Of a stretch of DNA of 33,058 bases, positions 1-11,825 are shown in pieces. The stretch is from the IMG/VR virus record IMGVR_UViG_2061766007_001416. The stretch is one strand, 5' to 3'. Origin of the DNA: an uncultured virus (IMG/VR IMGVR_UViG_2061766007_001416). Its lineage: Duplodnaviria; Heunggongvirae; Uroviricota; Caudoviricetes. The translations under genes and the position numbers were made by a program. Position 1 is the stretch's first letter. Each line of letters opens with the position of its first letter. Under the pieces are notes generated by a model. The model ran no database searches. It worked only from the letters and a program-made list of their open reading frames with translations, and was not told the DNA's origin.

Positions 1-538
1 CAGACAAAAAACGCTTTAAAAACCGTACTGTAAGCTACAAAATATCCTCTATTCCTCCATGGTGCGATTATGACGAGCAGAAATTTGTGTACAGGCTGAG
101 CGCATGGCTTTTGACGTCTTACGAATATAGAATTTTAAAGGATACATATAACACAAACTACTATCAAAGAGCGGTTTGTACCGGTATNNNNNNNNNNAAT
201 GCAAAAGGAGCTGTGTCTGCAACGATAAATTTTAACTGTGATCCGTTCTTGTATAGTAAAAGCGGCTTAACGGAAATAGAAGTAAATTCCACCAATTATA
301 CAATTACAAACCGTGAAAAATGGGACGCAGAGCCAATTATTANNNNNNNNNNATAAATTTTAACTGCGATCCGTTCTTGTACAGCAAAAGCGGTTTAACG
401 GAAATAGAAGTAAACTCCAACAATTATACAATTACAAACCGTGAAAAATGGGACGCAGAGCCAATTATTAAAGTTAACGGCAACGGATTGTTTACGATCA
501 CTGTAAATACAGATGTTATTGAAATCACGCTTGACGGT
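1..538 (+). CDS. Distal tail (Dit-like) protein, allelic fragments separated by N gaps
   Basis: YEYRILKDTYNTNYYQRAVC...INFNCDPFLYSK...WDAEPIIKVNGNG is nearly identical to the gene at 11826-12403 and the fragments at 9174-9940. FxCxPF is typical of siphophage distal tail proteins. Confidence 0.7.
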
Positions 539-548
539 NNNNNNNNNN

Positions 549-785
549 GGACAGGACAAACAAAGGGTTCTTACCAATATAAGGTTGATGAAGATAACGG
601 AGTTTGTGTTGTCGGAAGTGCTTTAGAGAATGCGATCTGGGAAGAGTTCGGAACAGGTGAGTATGCCGTTAACAATGACGGCAGAAAAAAGGGCTGGTGG
701 ATCAAGGTCGGAAACGGCAGAGGAGAAATACCGCTGTCTGTTGTGGATAAATACAAATGGGCTAAATATCGTTATGAAAACGGCG
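549..785 (+). CDS. HK97 gp10-like tail completion protein, allelic fragment
   Basis: TGQTKGSYQY...GSALENAIWEEFGTGEY is a variant of 2419-3090. Confidence 0.75.
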
Positions 786-795
786 NNNNNNNNNN

Positions 796-1196
796 TTGAG
801 TGACAGAGCAGACGGAGCGCAGGAAAATATTGAAAATCTCGGCAGCGAGGTTGACGAAACAAGAGAAAGTACAGAGCAGTTAGGAGAAGAAACAGAAAGA
901 ACCGGAGAGCGTACCGAGGATACAAACGANNNNNNNNNNNNNNNNNNNNNNNNNNNNNNNNNNNNNNNNNNNNNNNNNNNNNNGCAAAAGAGATTGTAGG
1001 ATTAGGCGAGGATTTTACTGCTACCATGTCAGAGGTGAAAGCTATCTCCGGAGCAAGTGACGAGGATTTTCAAAAGCTCACTAATACAGCGAGAGAGTTT
1101 GGTTCAAAAACTGTTTTCAGTGCAACGGAAGCGGCAGAGGCTTTAAAGTATATGTCGCTTGCCGGCTGGGATGCAGAGCAGTCATCGGCGGCATTG
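796..1196 (+). CDS. Tape measure protein N-terminal region, allelic fragment
   Basis: LGEETERTGE...MSEVKAISGASDEDFQKL...KYMSLAGWDAEQSSAAL matches the protein starting at 4774, with substitutions. Confidence 0.8.
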
Positions 1197-1206
1197 NNNN
1201 NNNNNN

Positions 1207-1456
1207 TAAACGGCATTTTGCAATTAAAAAGCGCGTCTAAAAATGCGATAGGCGAAGCTGTCACAAGCTATACCGACACGGTTGTTTTGAAAGGTTTTCT
1301 TGACCTTATGAGCGGCGATGTTCGGCGGATCGTTTACAGCGCAAAAGTACAGGAGTCAACGCATATTTTCATTTGTGATTATGTGGACTTATCGCAATAT
1401 AATATTATTCCCGAAAATTGCAGAATGCTTGTAAAAGGCATTGTTTACGAGGTGCT
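1207..1456 (+). CDS. Head-closure protein, allelic fragment
   Basis: Near-identical to the internal part of 2085-2426 (NGILQLKS...KGIVYEV). Confidence 0.75.
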
Positions 1457-1467
1457 NNNNNNNNNNA

Positions 1468-1539
1468 GCGACTAAATATTACGGCACCGCTCTCACAAAT
1501 GCGGCAAAGGTAGTTATTGCATATTTCAAAGCTTCATAA
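1468..1539 (+). CDS. Probable 3' end of the major capsid protein gene
   Basis: Frame reads ATKYYGTALTNAAKVVIAYFKAS-stop directly upstream of the head-tail adaptor. It resembles capsid C-termini of Firmicute siphophages, but only 23 codons are visible. Confidence 0.55.
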   Translation, partial: ATKYYGTALTNAAKVVIAYFKAS

Positions 1540-1555
1540 TAAGAGGTGTTGATCG

Positions 1556-2083
1556 ATGATAATATCGGTTGATGAACTGCTCACTTTGCCCGAGTTTTCG
1601 GGACAGAGTGAGCAAATTTTAACGGATAAACTAACGGCTCTTGAAGAACTGATCAGAGCATATACAAACAACAATTTTCAAAATCGGGCAATCCGTTTTG
1701 AGGGCGCAAGCGTATTTGACAGAGTATACGGCAGTTCTCCCTATCTTAAAGTTGGTGACACGGTTCAAATCACGCAGTCGCAGGTCAATGACGGACTTTA
1801 TATTGTCGAGGAAATTACAGACGAATACACACGTCTTGACAGTGAAATATTTGCTGTATCAAAAAATCTTGTAACAAAGGTTGAATACCCGAGTGTGATA
1901 AAAAAAGGAATTATTGACCTCATGAAATGGGAGCTAACAAACCGTGACAAGGTTGGAATTCAGCAGGAAACCATTTCAAGGCATTCCGTAACATATTTTA
2001 ACATGGACGGCAATAACTCGGTTATGGGTTATCCCAAGTCGCTTTTAGGCTTTTTAAAGCCGTATATGAAAGCGAGGTTTTAA
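1556..2083 (+). CDS. Head-tail adaptor/connector protein
   Basis: 175 aa ORF with RBS GAGGTG, LEELIRAYTNNNF and ETISRHSVTY...GYPKSLLGFLKPY motifs; lies between the capsid end and the head-closure gene. Confidence 0.75.
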   Translation: MIISVDELLTLPEFSGQSEQILTDKLTALEELIRAYTNNNFQNRAIRFEGASVFDRVYGSSPYLKVGDTVQITQSQVNDGLYIVEEITDEYTRLDSEIFAVSKNLVTKVEYPSVIKKGIIDLMKWELTNRDKVGIQQETISRHSVTYFNMDGNNSVMGYPKSLLGFLKPYMKARF

Positions 2084-2084
2084 C

Positions 2085-2426
2085 ATGATAGGCGGCAATA
2101 CTAACGGCATTTTGCAATTAAAAAGCACGTCTAAAAATGCAATAGGCGAAGCTGCAACAAGCTATATCGATACGATTGTTTTGAAAGGTTTTCTTGACCT
2201 TATGAGCGGCGATGTGCGGCGGATCGTTTACAGCGCCAAGGTGCAGGAGTCAACGCATATTTTTATTTGTGATTATGTGGACTTATCGCAATATAATATC
2301 ATTCCCGAAAATTGCAGAATGCTTGTAAAAGGCATTGTTTACGAGGTGCTGATGATAGACAACCCAATGGAACTTAATCGGCATTTGGAGATATATTTGA
2401 AGCTTGTAGGCGGTCAAAATGGCTAA
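2085..2426 (+). CDS. Phage head-closure/head-tail joining protein
   Basis: 113 aa, NAIGE, STHIFICDY and YEVLMIDNPMELNRHLEIYLK motifs; synteny. Confidence 0.75.
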   Translation: MIGGNTNGILQLKSTSKNAIGEAATSYIDTIVLKGFLDLMSGDVRRIVYSAKVQESTHIFICDYVDLSQYNIIPENCRMLVKGIVYEVLMIDNPMELNRHLEIYLKLVGGQNG

Positions 2427-3090
2427 TAATATCGAATACACAAACAACAGCGTTCAGGTAACGGCGGCGCTTAAAAATGCTGTGAAAAAATGGCTTTACG
2501 AAGCAGGCGGCGAGCTTCAGGCGAGAATTATTCGCAATTCAAGAACACGCACAGGGCAAACAAAAGGCTCATATCAATACAGCGTTGACGAAGAAAACGG
2601 AGTATGTACTGTCGGAAGTGCTTTGGAAAATGCAGTTTGGGAAGAGTTCGGCACAGGCGAATATGCNNNNNNNNNNCGAACAAGAACCGGACAGACAAAA
2701 GGATCGTATCAGTACCATGTTGATGAAGAAAACGGAGTATGTACTGTTGGAAGTGCTTTGGAGAATGCAGTTTGGGAAGAGTTCGGCACAGGCGAATATG
2801 CAGTTAACAATGACGGCAGAAAAAACGGTTGGTGGATTAAAGTCGGAAATGGTCGTGGTGAGATTCCTTTATCTGTTGTAAACAAATACAAATGGGTAAA
2901 ATATCGCTATGAAAACGGTGACACAAGTCATGGTAAAAAACTTAGACAGACTCAAAACAGAGGTAAACTTGCCTATGTTTTTACATACGGAAAGAAACCA
3001 AACAAGCCTATGCAGAGAGCTTTTGAAGCCTTGAAAGAACCGCTTGAAAGGCGGCTTGGAAGTATCTTAAAAGACATTTTTGAGGGATGA
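2419..3090 (+). CDS. HK97 gp10-like tail completion protein (ORF joins two alleles across the gap at 2667-2676)
   Basis: RTGQTKGS, NAVWEEFGTG and KKPNKPMQRAF motifs; the segment before the gap is repeated after it. Confidence 0.8.
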   Translation: MANNIEYTNNSVQVTAALKNAVKKWLYEAGGELQARIIRNSRTRTGQTKGSYQYSVDEENGVCTVGSALENAVWEEFGTGEYXXXXRTRTGQTKGSYQYHVDEENGVCTVGSALENAVWEEFGTGEYAVNNDGRKNGWWIKVGNGRGEIPLSVVNKYKWVKYRYENGDTSHGKKLRQTQNRGKLAYVFTYGKKPNKPMQRAFEALKEPLERRLGSILKDIFEG

Positions 3091-3094
3091 TTTT

Positions 3095-3472
3095 ATGGTG
3101 GGTTTGCTTGCAATAATTAACGAAGAGCTTGGAGAAAACAATATTCCATATGAGTTTTCGGAGTGGAAATCAACTGTAAGATACCCTTACTTTGTCGGCT
3201 CATATGATGAAAACAATTCGTATTTTGAAGACAACCGCATTGAGGGAACATTTACAATTGACGGCTGGTCAAGAAGAAGCAGCATTGAACTAATTGAAAA
3301 AGCCGAACAAATAAAAGAAATTTTCTCCGATTTTCAAAGAATACGAAACGGCAATATTTATTACATTCGTTTTAACAGTTCAATGCTTGTGCCTACCGGT
3401 GTTGAAGATCTGAACAAAATAACAATTACTCTTGAAGTGACAGAATGGAAAGGTGAGATAAATGGCACTTAA
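3095..3472 (+). CDS. Tail terminator-like protein
   Basis: ATG at 3095 after GAGGGA; YPYFVG and FTIDGWSR motifs; directly upstream of the major tail gene. Confidence 0.65.
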   Translation: MVGLLAIINEELGENNIPYEFSEWKSTVRYPYFVGSYDENNSYFEDNRIEGTFTIDGWSRRSSIELIEKAEQIKEIFSDFQRIRNGNIYYIRFNSSMLVPTGVEDLNKITITLEVTEWKGEINGT

Positions 3473-4049
3473 AAAGCACGGAATAACTTCACAGACAATT
3501 CAAAATCTTGTGTTGGGAGCAGGAGTTATTTATAAAAATTTGACTTATGCAAGCAACGAGTGGACAGGGACTGTACTTGGCGCAACCTCGGGCGGCATTA
3601 AATTCAACTATGAAGCGCAGTGGCTTGATATCGAGGTAGACGGCGCAACGGTGCTTGTGAAAGGCGTAACCAAGCAGAAAATAGGCGAAACAGCAACTCT
3701 CGAGGGACAGATGACGGAGCTTACCGAGGACATACTTGTAACGGCGCTGCACCTTGAACAGGCGCAAACGTCCGAAGACACGAATTATAACAAGTACGTA
3801 TCAAAAGCGAACATTGACGGCAGCAACTATAGCGACTATCTTTCAAATATCGCTTATGTAGGTACGCTTTCAAACGGAAAGAACATCATAATTATTTTGC
3901 CGAACGCTTTGTGTACGGAAGCTTTTGAAATGGAAACAAAGAACGCAGCGCAGACAACGTTCTCGGTAAAATTTGAATGCACAGCCGATCTTGCAAACGA
4001 TACGCTTGATAAGCTTGATATCATGATTTACTATCCGAAGCCGGCGTAG
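3462..4049 (+). CDS. Major tail (tube) protein
   Basis: 195 aa, LVLGAGVIY and LGATSGG motifs, beta-rich; upstream of the chaperone and tape-measure genes. Confidence 0.8.
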   Translation: MALKKHGITSQTIQNLVLGAGVIYKNLTYASNEWTGTVLGATSGGIKFNYEAQWLDIEVDGATVLVKGVTKQKIGETATLEGQMTELTEDILVTALHLEQAQTSEDTNYNKYVSKANIDGSNYSDYLSNIAYVGTLSNGKNIIIILPNALCTEAFEMETKNAAQTTFSVKFECTADLANDTLDKLDIMIYYPKPA

Positions 4050-4068
4050 AATTAAGAGGTGAATACAA

Positions 4069-4515
4069 ATGTCTGAGATTATTTTTAAAGATTTTACGGT
4101 TGATAACTTGTTTGATTTTTGCGGTGTTCTTGACGCTGTGGGCGCAGAGGAAGTGTTTAGCGCCTTTGACGAAAGAGAAATCAAGGCTTTGCAGAGAGCC
4201 GAGGAGAACATTGAAAAAATCGGCATTGTAATTTTGATGAAAATTGTAAAGGTAATCATCAAGAACATCCCGAAGTCAAGAAACGAGATATGTATGTTTT
4301 TGTCAAACTGTACTGTGTTTGATGACGGGACGGACACCAAGGCTGATGATTTTTGCAATATGAAAATTGTCCCGTTTGTAAGGCTTTTAAAAGCATTGTC
4401 CAAAAGAGAGGACCTTGCCGATTTTTTCGGGGAGGCTGCCGAATTGCTGGGTTCGGAACGGAAAAATTTGAAGAACTTATCAACAGACGATACGCAGACC
4501 CGAGAGGATACATAA
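4069..4515 (+). CDS. Tail assembly chaperone (lambda gpG analogue)
   Basis: 148 aa between major tail and tape measure; RBS GAGGTG; contains the slippery heptamer T TTT TTC at 4422-4428. Confidence 0.7.
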   Translation: MSEIIFKDFTVDNLFDFCGVLDAVGAEEVFSAFDEREIKALQRAEENIEKIGIVILMKIVKVIIKNIPKSRNEICMFLSNCTVFDDGTDTKADDFCNMKIVPFVRLLKALSKREDLADFFGEAAELLGSERKNLKNLSTDDTQTREDT

Positions 4516-4769
4516 ACGCAGCTATAAAGCGTAATAAGCTTGAAAAAGTGACCGACACTATTCTATCTCAACATGAGGAGGAGAAGTGTTGGTCGCTTTA
4601 TTTGGCGGCTGTATCAAATCCAGTTGTGGAGGTTGGCTCATTTGATGAATTCATGAAAAACAGTAAACCAAAGAAAACAAGTCGGCAAATCAAAAGAGTT
4701 GATTTAAAAACTCAGGTTATGAAAGCAGAAAAAATGTTGAGCGGATTTATACCGCCAAGCAGGGGGTGA
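4422..4769 (+). CDS. -1 frameshift extension of the tail assembly chaperone (gpGT analogue)
   Basis: Open -1 frame (FFRGGCRIAGFGTEKFEELINRRYADP...) overlaps the chaperone, has no evident RBS of its own and ends 4 nt before the TMP start. Confidence 0.65.
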   Translation, partial: FFRGGCRIAGFGTEKFEELINRRYADPRGYINAAIKRNKLEKVTDTILSQHEEEKCWSLYLAAVSNPVVEVGSFDEFMKNSKPKKTSRQIKRVDLKTQVMKAEKMLSGFIPPSRG

Positions 4770-4773
4770 GAAC

Positions 4774-6191
4774 ATGGGGTTGCTTGAATTGTTCAGAATA
4801 ACAGGACGTGTTGCCGTTGAATATTCCGAAGCCCAAAGAGGTATTGAAGCTGTGAGCGGTTCGGCAGACAATACCGCAAGAAGTTTGGGAGCATTGACTG
4901 TAAATGCCGATGAAACGCAGACAAGTATTCACGGACTGGGCACAGAAACTGAAAGGACACGAGAAAGCACCGAGGGTTTGGGAGAGGAAACAGAGCGAAC
5001 AGGAGAAGAAACCGAAAACACAAACGAGGGTTTTACCACTTGGAAAGCTACTCTTGCAAATTTGGCGAGTTCTGTTATTCAAAAAGCAATAAGTAAAATA
5101 ACGGAGCTTGCGAAAGAAATAGTCGGTTTGGGAAAAGATTTTACAGCCACTATGTCAGAGGTAAAAGCTATTTCCGGAGCAAGTGACGAAGATTTTCAAA
5201 AGCTTACCGATACAGCAAGAGAATTTGGTTCAAAAACTGTTTTCAGTGCAACGGAAGCGGCAGAAGCATTAAAGTATATGTCGCTTGCCGGCTGGGATGC
5301 GGAACAGTCATCAGCAGCTTTAGGCGGTGTTCTTGACCTTGCGGCGGCATCGGGAATGGGACTTGGCGAAGCTTCGGATATGGTAACAGATTACTTGACA
5401 GCTTTTGGCATGGAAGCCGATAAATCTGCATATTTTGCCGATATGCTTGCGTATGCACAGGCGAACAGTAACACTACTGCGGCTCAGCTTGGTGAGGCAT
5501 TTGGAAACTGTGCGGCTACTCTCCATGCAGGAGGACAGGATGTTGAAACTGTTACGTCGCTGCTTGAAGCAATGGCAAACGGCGGCTTAAAGGGCAGTGA
5601 AGCCGGAACAGCTTTAAACGCAACTATGCGTGATATAACAAACGCTATGTCGGAAGTAAAAGATAAAACCGATTTAGCAAATTTATCTCAGGGAGAATTT
5701 GTATCTTCTACTGGAGATCTGAATGATTTACTTGGTAAGAATTATATTCAGATGGGTAAAACACTAATTCCGGTATCCGATGCAAACGGTAACTTTAGAG
5801 ATTTAACAGATATTCTAACAGATGTATCAAAGGCAACCGACGGTATGGGAGATGCCGAAAGAGCGGCTGCAATGTCAAGCACGTTCACTTCATATTCTAT
5901 TAAGGGTGTAAACCTTGTTTTAAATGAGGGTATTGATAAGGTTGCAGAGTATGAAAAAAAATTAAGAAAAGCAGATGGTTCCGCTTCGGATATGGCATCC
6001 ACAATGAACGATAACCTTAAAGGCGATCTTGCAGGAATGAACAGTGCATTTGAAGAATTAAAACTAAAAATTTATGATGGTTTGGAAGGACCTCTTAGAA
6101 GTGCTGTGAGATTTATTACCGGCAAAGTAGTTCCTGCACTAACGGTGTTAGTTCAAAACATTGATAAAATTGCACCGCCGATTATGATAGC
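4774..6191 (+). CDS. Tape measure protein allele A (5' part, truncated by a gap)
   Basis: TP901-like TMP core: FSATEAAEALKYMSLAGW, GLKGSEAGTAL, GSASDMASTMNDNLKG. Confidence 0.9.
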
Positions 6192-6668
6192 NNNNNNNNN
6201 NNNNNNNNNNNNNNNNNNNNNNNNNNNNNNNNNNNNNNNNNNNNNNNNNNNNNNNNNNNNNNNNNNNNNNNNNNNNNNNNNNNNNNNNNNNNNNNNNNNN
6301 NNNNNNNNNNNNNNNNNNNNNNNNNNNNNNNNNNNNNNNNNNNNNNNNNNNNNNNNNNNNNNNNNNNNNNNNNNNNNNNNNNNNNNNNNNNNNNNNNNNN
6401 NNNNNNNNNNNNNNNNNNNNNNNNNNNNNNNNNNNNNNNNNNNNNNNNNNNNNNNNNNNNNNNNNNNNNNNNNNNNNNNNNNNNNNNNNNNNNNNNNNNN
6501 NNNNNNNNNNNNNNNNNNNNNNNNNNNNNNNNNNNNNNNNNNNNNNNNNNNNNNNNNNNNNNNNNNNNNNNNNNNAATGTAAATTTAAGTATTGCAGAAA
6601 CATGGGAAAAAATTAAGAATTTTTTGAAAACGGCAAAAAAAGTACTGAATGATTTTGTNNNNNNNNNN

Positions 6669-8957
6669 TTTTGGCGATGAGATGGAGAACGCTCAGAAAT
6701 ACGCCGATTTAATGGCTAAAGGTGCAACGCTTGCCAATACAGATGTAAACGGATTGGGTGCAGCGTTGTCGGGAGCTTCCGCAACTGCTAAAAGCTATGG
6801 TCAAGATGCCGAAGGTGTTACTTTGTCGCTCTTGCGATTGGCAGAGCAAAATGTTACAGGCGAGCAAGCTGCTACTATGTTGAGCAGAGCAATGACAGAC
6901 CTCTATACTCCAACTGATGCCGCAAAAAAGGCACTTGGCGAATTAGGTATTGCTGCCTATGATTCAAACGGCAAAGCAAGAGATTTTACAGTTATCACGG
7001 ACGAGCTTAACCAAAAGCTGTCAGAAATGACAGAGGAGCAGGCAAACGCTTATAAAGCAACTATTTTTACAACAAACGGCTTGAACGGCTTTAACAAAAT
7101 GATGGCGTCAAGCCCGGAAAAGGTAGAGGATTTTAAAAATGGTTTAGCAGATGCTGCCGATAGTGCCGAAAATCAGGCTAAGACCATGATAGACAACCTT
7201 CAAGGCGATATTACAATAATGCAGTCAGCGGCAGAGGGATTAGGAATCACGTTTTACGAAACCTTTAACGATGATTTAAGGTCAAGCGTGCAGTTTGCTA
7301 CTGATAGTCTTGGAAAGCTAACAGAAGCATTTGAAAACAATGGACTTGAGGGAGCGGCAGACGTTGCAGGAACCATAATTTCCGATATTGCAAACAAAGC
7401 TGTTGAATATGCTCCAACATTGATAGAAACAGTTACAACATTGATTGGTTCTATATCTGCTGCTCTATCGGAAAATTCGGGAAATATTGCACAATCGGCA
7501 GGAAACCTTATAACTTCAATTGCAGAAGGATTGACCCAAAACACAGAAACAATTCTAAACGCTGTTTTAAGTATTGGTGATAATGTGTTGAGCATTCTTC
7601 CCGATATGCTTGAAAGCTTGATAACATCCGCTTCATCATTCTCCAAATCTATTATTGATTTTCTTAGCAAAGCTGTTTCAATCGTTGCTAAGAATTTGCC
7701 GTCAATAATTGAAGTATTGTCGATTGGATTAATGGGAGAATTGCCTGTTATTACGCAGGCAATTCTCGATTTGATAACAAACACTGTGAGTTCTGTATTA
7801 CCGATTTTACCGGATATTCTGAGTGAAGTTATAGATTTAACAACTGATTTTATACTTGAATTTATTCCACAGATTGTTAATACAGTGTTAAAAATTGCCG
7901 AAAGTATTGTTGATAATTTACCCGAAATCATTGATACTCTTGCAAATGCTGTTCCTGAGATTATACGGAGTGTTTTAATTGCGGTTTTAAACCAAATACC
8001 AAAGCTTTTAGAGGGAGTATTAGGAATTGTGTCGGCAATAGTAAATGCTTTACCTCAAATAATCGACAGCCTTACAGGAATGCTGCCGGAAATAATCAAC
8101 GCAATAGTCACTGCAACAGTCGTATTTCTTCCTGAGATAATAAACATGGGTATAACCCTATTTACAGCCTTAATTGAGGATTTGCCTAAAATCATAAAAA
8201 GTATTGTAAAAAAACTCCCTGAAATAATTGACTCAATAATCGGAGCATTACTTGACGCACTACCTCTCTTGATAGATTGCGGAGTAGATTTGTTTTTAGC
8301 TTTAATTGAGGAACTGCCGACAGTCATCATGGAAATAATGGAGTGTATGCCTCAGATTATCGAGGGTGTTATAAAAGCAATTATTGAGCTGTTTCCGAGA
8401 ATATATACCGTTGGTATACAGCTGTTTATGGCTCTTGTGGAAAAGCTCCCAGATGTTATAACAAAGCTTGCTAACCGTATGCCTGAAATCATTACAGGCT
8501 TGACAAACAAACTTCGTGAACATATTTTTAGAATGGCTGAGATCGGATCTGATCTTGTTAGTGGTATTTGGGAGGGTATACAAAACGCAAAAGATTGGCT
8601 GATTGATAATATATTTGGTTGGTGCAGTACAGTTACGGACAGCATAAAAAACTTTTTCGGAATTCATTCTCCGTCTACTCTTTTTCGAGATGATATAGGC
8701 AAAAACCTTGCTTTTGGTGTTGGAGAGGGATTTGGCGATGCAATGGACGATGTATCGAAAGATATGCAAAAAAGCATTCCAACAGCCTTTGATATTGACC
8801 CGAGCGTTAACCTAATAAGCGGCGACAGCCGTATGCAAATGATGAATAATAACACGTCTTCAATACCAACTGCACAGCCTATTAAAAGCGGCGGTGTTAT
8901 TAATTTTACTCTCCAAATCGAAAACTTCAACAATACGGCGCAGTCTTCACTAGACGA
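6669..8957 (+). CDS. Tape measure protein allele B (internal to near-C-terminal part)
   Basis: A diverged second TMP core (AENQAKTMIDNLQGD), long amphipathic LPxII repeats and the FFGIHSPS motif. Confidence 0.85.
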
Positions 8958-9173
8958 NNNNNNNNNNNNNNNNNNNNNNNNNNNNNNNNNNNNNNNNNNN
9001 NNNNNNNNNNNNNNNNNNNNNNNNNNNNNNNNNNNNNNNNNNNNNNNNNNNNNNNNNNNNNNNNNNNNNNNNNNNNNNNNNNNNNNNNNNNNNNNNNNNN
9101 NNNNNNNNNNNNNNNNNNNNNNNNNNNNNNNNNNNNNNNNNNNNNNNNNNNNNNNNNNNNNNNNNNNNNNNNN

Positions 9174-9940
9174 AGTTTCGGCAACGATTAATTTTAACTG
9201 CGATCCGTTCTTGTATAGTAAAAACGGCTTAACGGAAATAGAAGTAAATTCCACTAATTATACAATTACAAACCGTGAAAAATGGGACGCAGAGCCAATT
9301 ATTAANNNNNNNNNNNNNNNNNNNNNNNNNNNNNNNNNNNNNNNNNNNNNNNNNNNGCGGAAATAACGATAGATAAGCCAAATGAGGACGTATATTACAC
9401 TAGTACGGGAATAAGCTGCAATGACAAAATAGACGCAGTTAGGCTGCCTTTTTTGAAACCTGGAGCTAACGAAATAACATATAGTACCGGATTGGGAACA
9501 GATTTTACCATGAAAATAATTCCAAATTGGAGGCGATTATAAATGCTGCCATNNNNNNNNNNATTTTGAAACCTGGAGCTAACGAGATAACATATAGTAC
9601 CGGTTCGGGAACAGGTTTTACCATGACAATAATTCCAAATTGGAGGCGATTATANNNNNNNNNNGAAATGGGACGCAGAGCCAATTATTAAAGTTAACGG
9701 CAACGGAGTGTTTACGATCACTGTAAATACAGATGTTATTGAAATCACGCTTGACGGTACGGAAATAACGATAGATAAGCCAAACGAGGACGCATACTAC
9801 ACTAGTACGGGAATAAGCTGCAATGACAAAATAAGCGCAGCCAGGCTTCCTGTTTTGAAACCTGGAGCTAACGAGATAACATATACCGGATCGGGAACAG
9901 GTTTTACCATGACAATAATTCCAAATTGGAGGCGATTATA
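9174..9940 (+). CDS. Dit-like protein, several allelic C-terminal fragments
   Basis: Three versions of LKPGANEITY...TMxIIPNWRRL separated by gaps. Confidence 0.7.
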
Positions 9941-9950
9941 NNNNNNNNNN

Positions 9951-11023
9951 ATGCAGGAGCTATCTTAACAGCATTTACAAACGGTTTAAAAGCCGTAAAA
10001 ACTGCTTTTATGGCACTTAACACTACCATGCTTGCGAACCCGATAGCTATAGTTATAGCGGCAATAGCGGCACTTGTAGCAGCGTTTATTTATCTCTGGA
10101 ACAACTNNNNNNNNNNNNNNNNNCTTGGGGAGAAAATCAAAGAGGTAGCCGGATATGCTTGGGAAGCTTTGCAGATGCTTGTTAATAATATAATTAGTTT
10201 TTGGGTTGATGTAAATCTAAGAGTTATAAAAGCATGGAATAAATTTAAAGAGATTTTAAGCTTAGCTTGGCATGCGTTAAATGAATTTGTTGCAAATATA
10301 ATTGCTTTTTGGGTTAGTTTTAATCTTAAAATAATAGATTCAGTAAAAACAACATGGACGGAAATAAAACAATTTTTTGCATATATTCCCGAATGGATCA
10401 AAAAGCATATTATTCAGCCTATTTCCGATTTTTACACCTCTTTATGGACAAACATAACCGAAAAAGCTAAAGAAGCTTGGAATAATATAAAATCCGTTTT
10501 TGGAAAAGTTGGAGATTTTTTCNNNNNNNNNNNNNNNNNNNNNNNNNNNNNNNNNNNNNNNNNNNCTGCTTTTAAATATGCCATAAACTCTGTAATTGCA
10601 ACTGTTGAAAAGCAAATCAACTTTATCCCGAATGCGATCAACGGAGCTATAGGTTTAATAAACAAACTCCCTAATGTGGAAATATCTGCGATACCGACAG
10701 TATCTCTGCCAAGACTAAAAAAGGGCGGTGTGGTAGATGATGATACAGTAGTAGAAGTAGGTGAAGATGGTTCCGAAGCAATTGTTCCTCTTGAAAATAA
10801 CACGGAATGGACGGGCAGGGTCGCACAGCTTATCAATGCTCAAAACCCAAATAATAATGATAATACGGAGTTATTATCAAAGCTTGATGATATTATTTAT
10901 CTGATGAAAAACATTTTATCAGGTGTGGAAAACAACAATTCTGCATCTTCTTACATATCGAATGACACAATAGAATCCGCACTTTACAACTTCGTAAGAC
11001 GCTCAAAACTGGGGGCTTGTTAA
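9951..11023 (+). CDS. Tape measure protein C-terminal region, allele C (gapped)
   Basis: ANPIAIVIAAIAALVAAFIYLW, W/F-periodic repeats, LPRLKKGGVV...VGEDGSEAIVPLE. The stop overlaps the ATG of a Dit start (MLHTFEFNGK). Confidence 0.8.
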
Positions 11024-11064
11024 TGCTGCACACATTTGAATTTAACGGTAAAAANNNNNNNNNN

Positions 11065-11824
11065 TAATGATATCATTCAGTATTGGGTCAATGTATGTTT
11101 AAAAATTGTTGAAAAGTTTTTGGAAATAAAAAAATTTTTCAAATCTATTCCTAAATGGTTCAATGAAAAAATCATTCAGCCAATTACAGCGTTTTTCTCC
11201 TCTTTGTGGGACAGCATTACAAATAAAGCCAAGGAAACATGGGAGAACATAAAAAAAGCATTTGGCAAAGTCGGAGATTTTTTTAGTGGTATCTGGGATA
11301 CTTTCAAATCAAAATTTTCGTCAATCGGAACAGCTGTCGGAAATGCTATAGGCGGAGCATTTAAAAAAGCAATTAACAGTGTACTTGAAACCATTGAACG
11401 TACATTGAATTTTATACCCGATAAAGTGAACCCTGTTTTGCAAACAATCACCGATTGGACAGGTGTTTCACTTCCCTTTATGCCGGTAATCAGCCTGCCA
11501 CGACTTGCAAAAGGCGGTGTAGTAAACAGCAAAACTGTTGCGGAAATTGGCGAGGATGGTACAGAAGCTGTTGTGCCGCTTGAAAAAAACACGGAATGGA
11601 CATCTAAGGTTGCGGAATTGATTAATTCAAAATCTAACAATACAGATATTGTTTCAAAGCTTGACGAATTAATATCTATTGCAGAACGAATTAGACCGAT
11701 TAATCTAACTCTCCAAATCGAAAACTTCAACAATACGGCGCAGTCTTCACTAGACGATATTTCCAACTTAATTAAAACAACACTGTACGACTTTATAAGA
11801 GAAGACAAAATGGCGAGGTGTTAA
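11065..11824 (+). CDS. Tape measure protein C-terminal region, allele D
   Basis: W/F-periodic repeats and LPRLAKGGVV...IGEDGTEAVVPLE; followed directly by the Dit start. Confidence 0.8.
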
Positions 11825-11825
11825 A

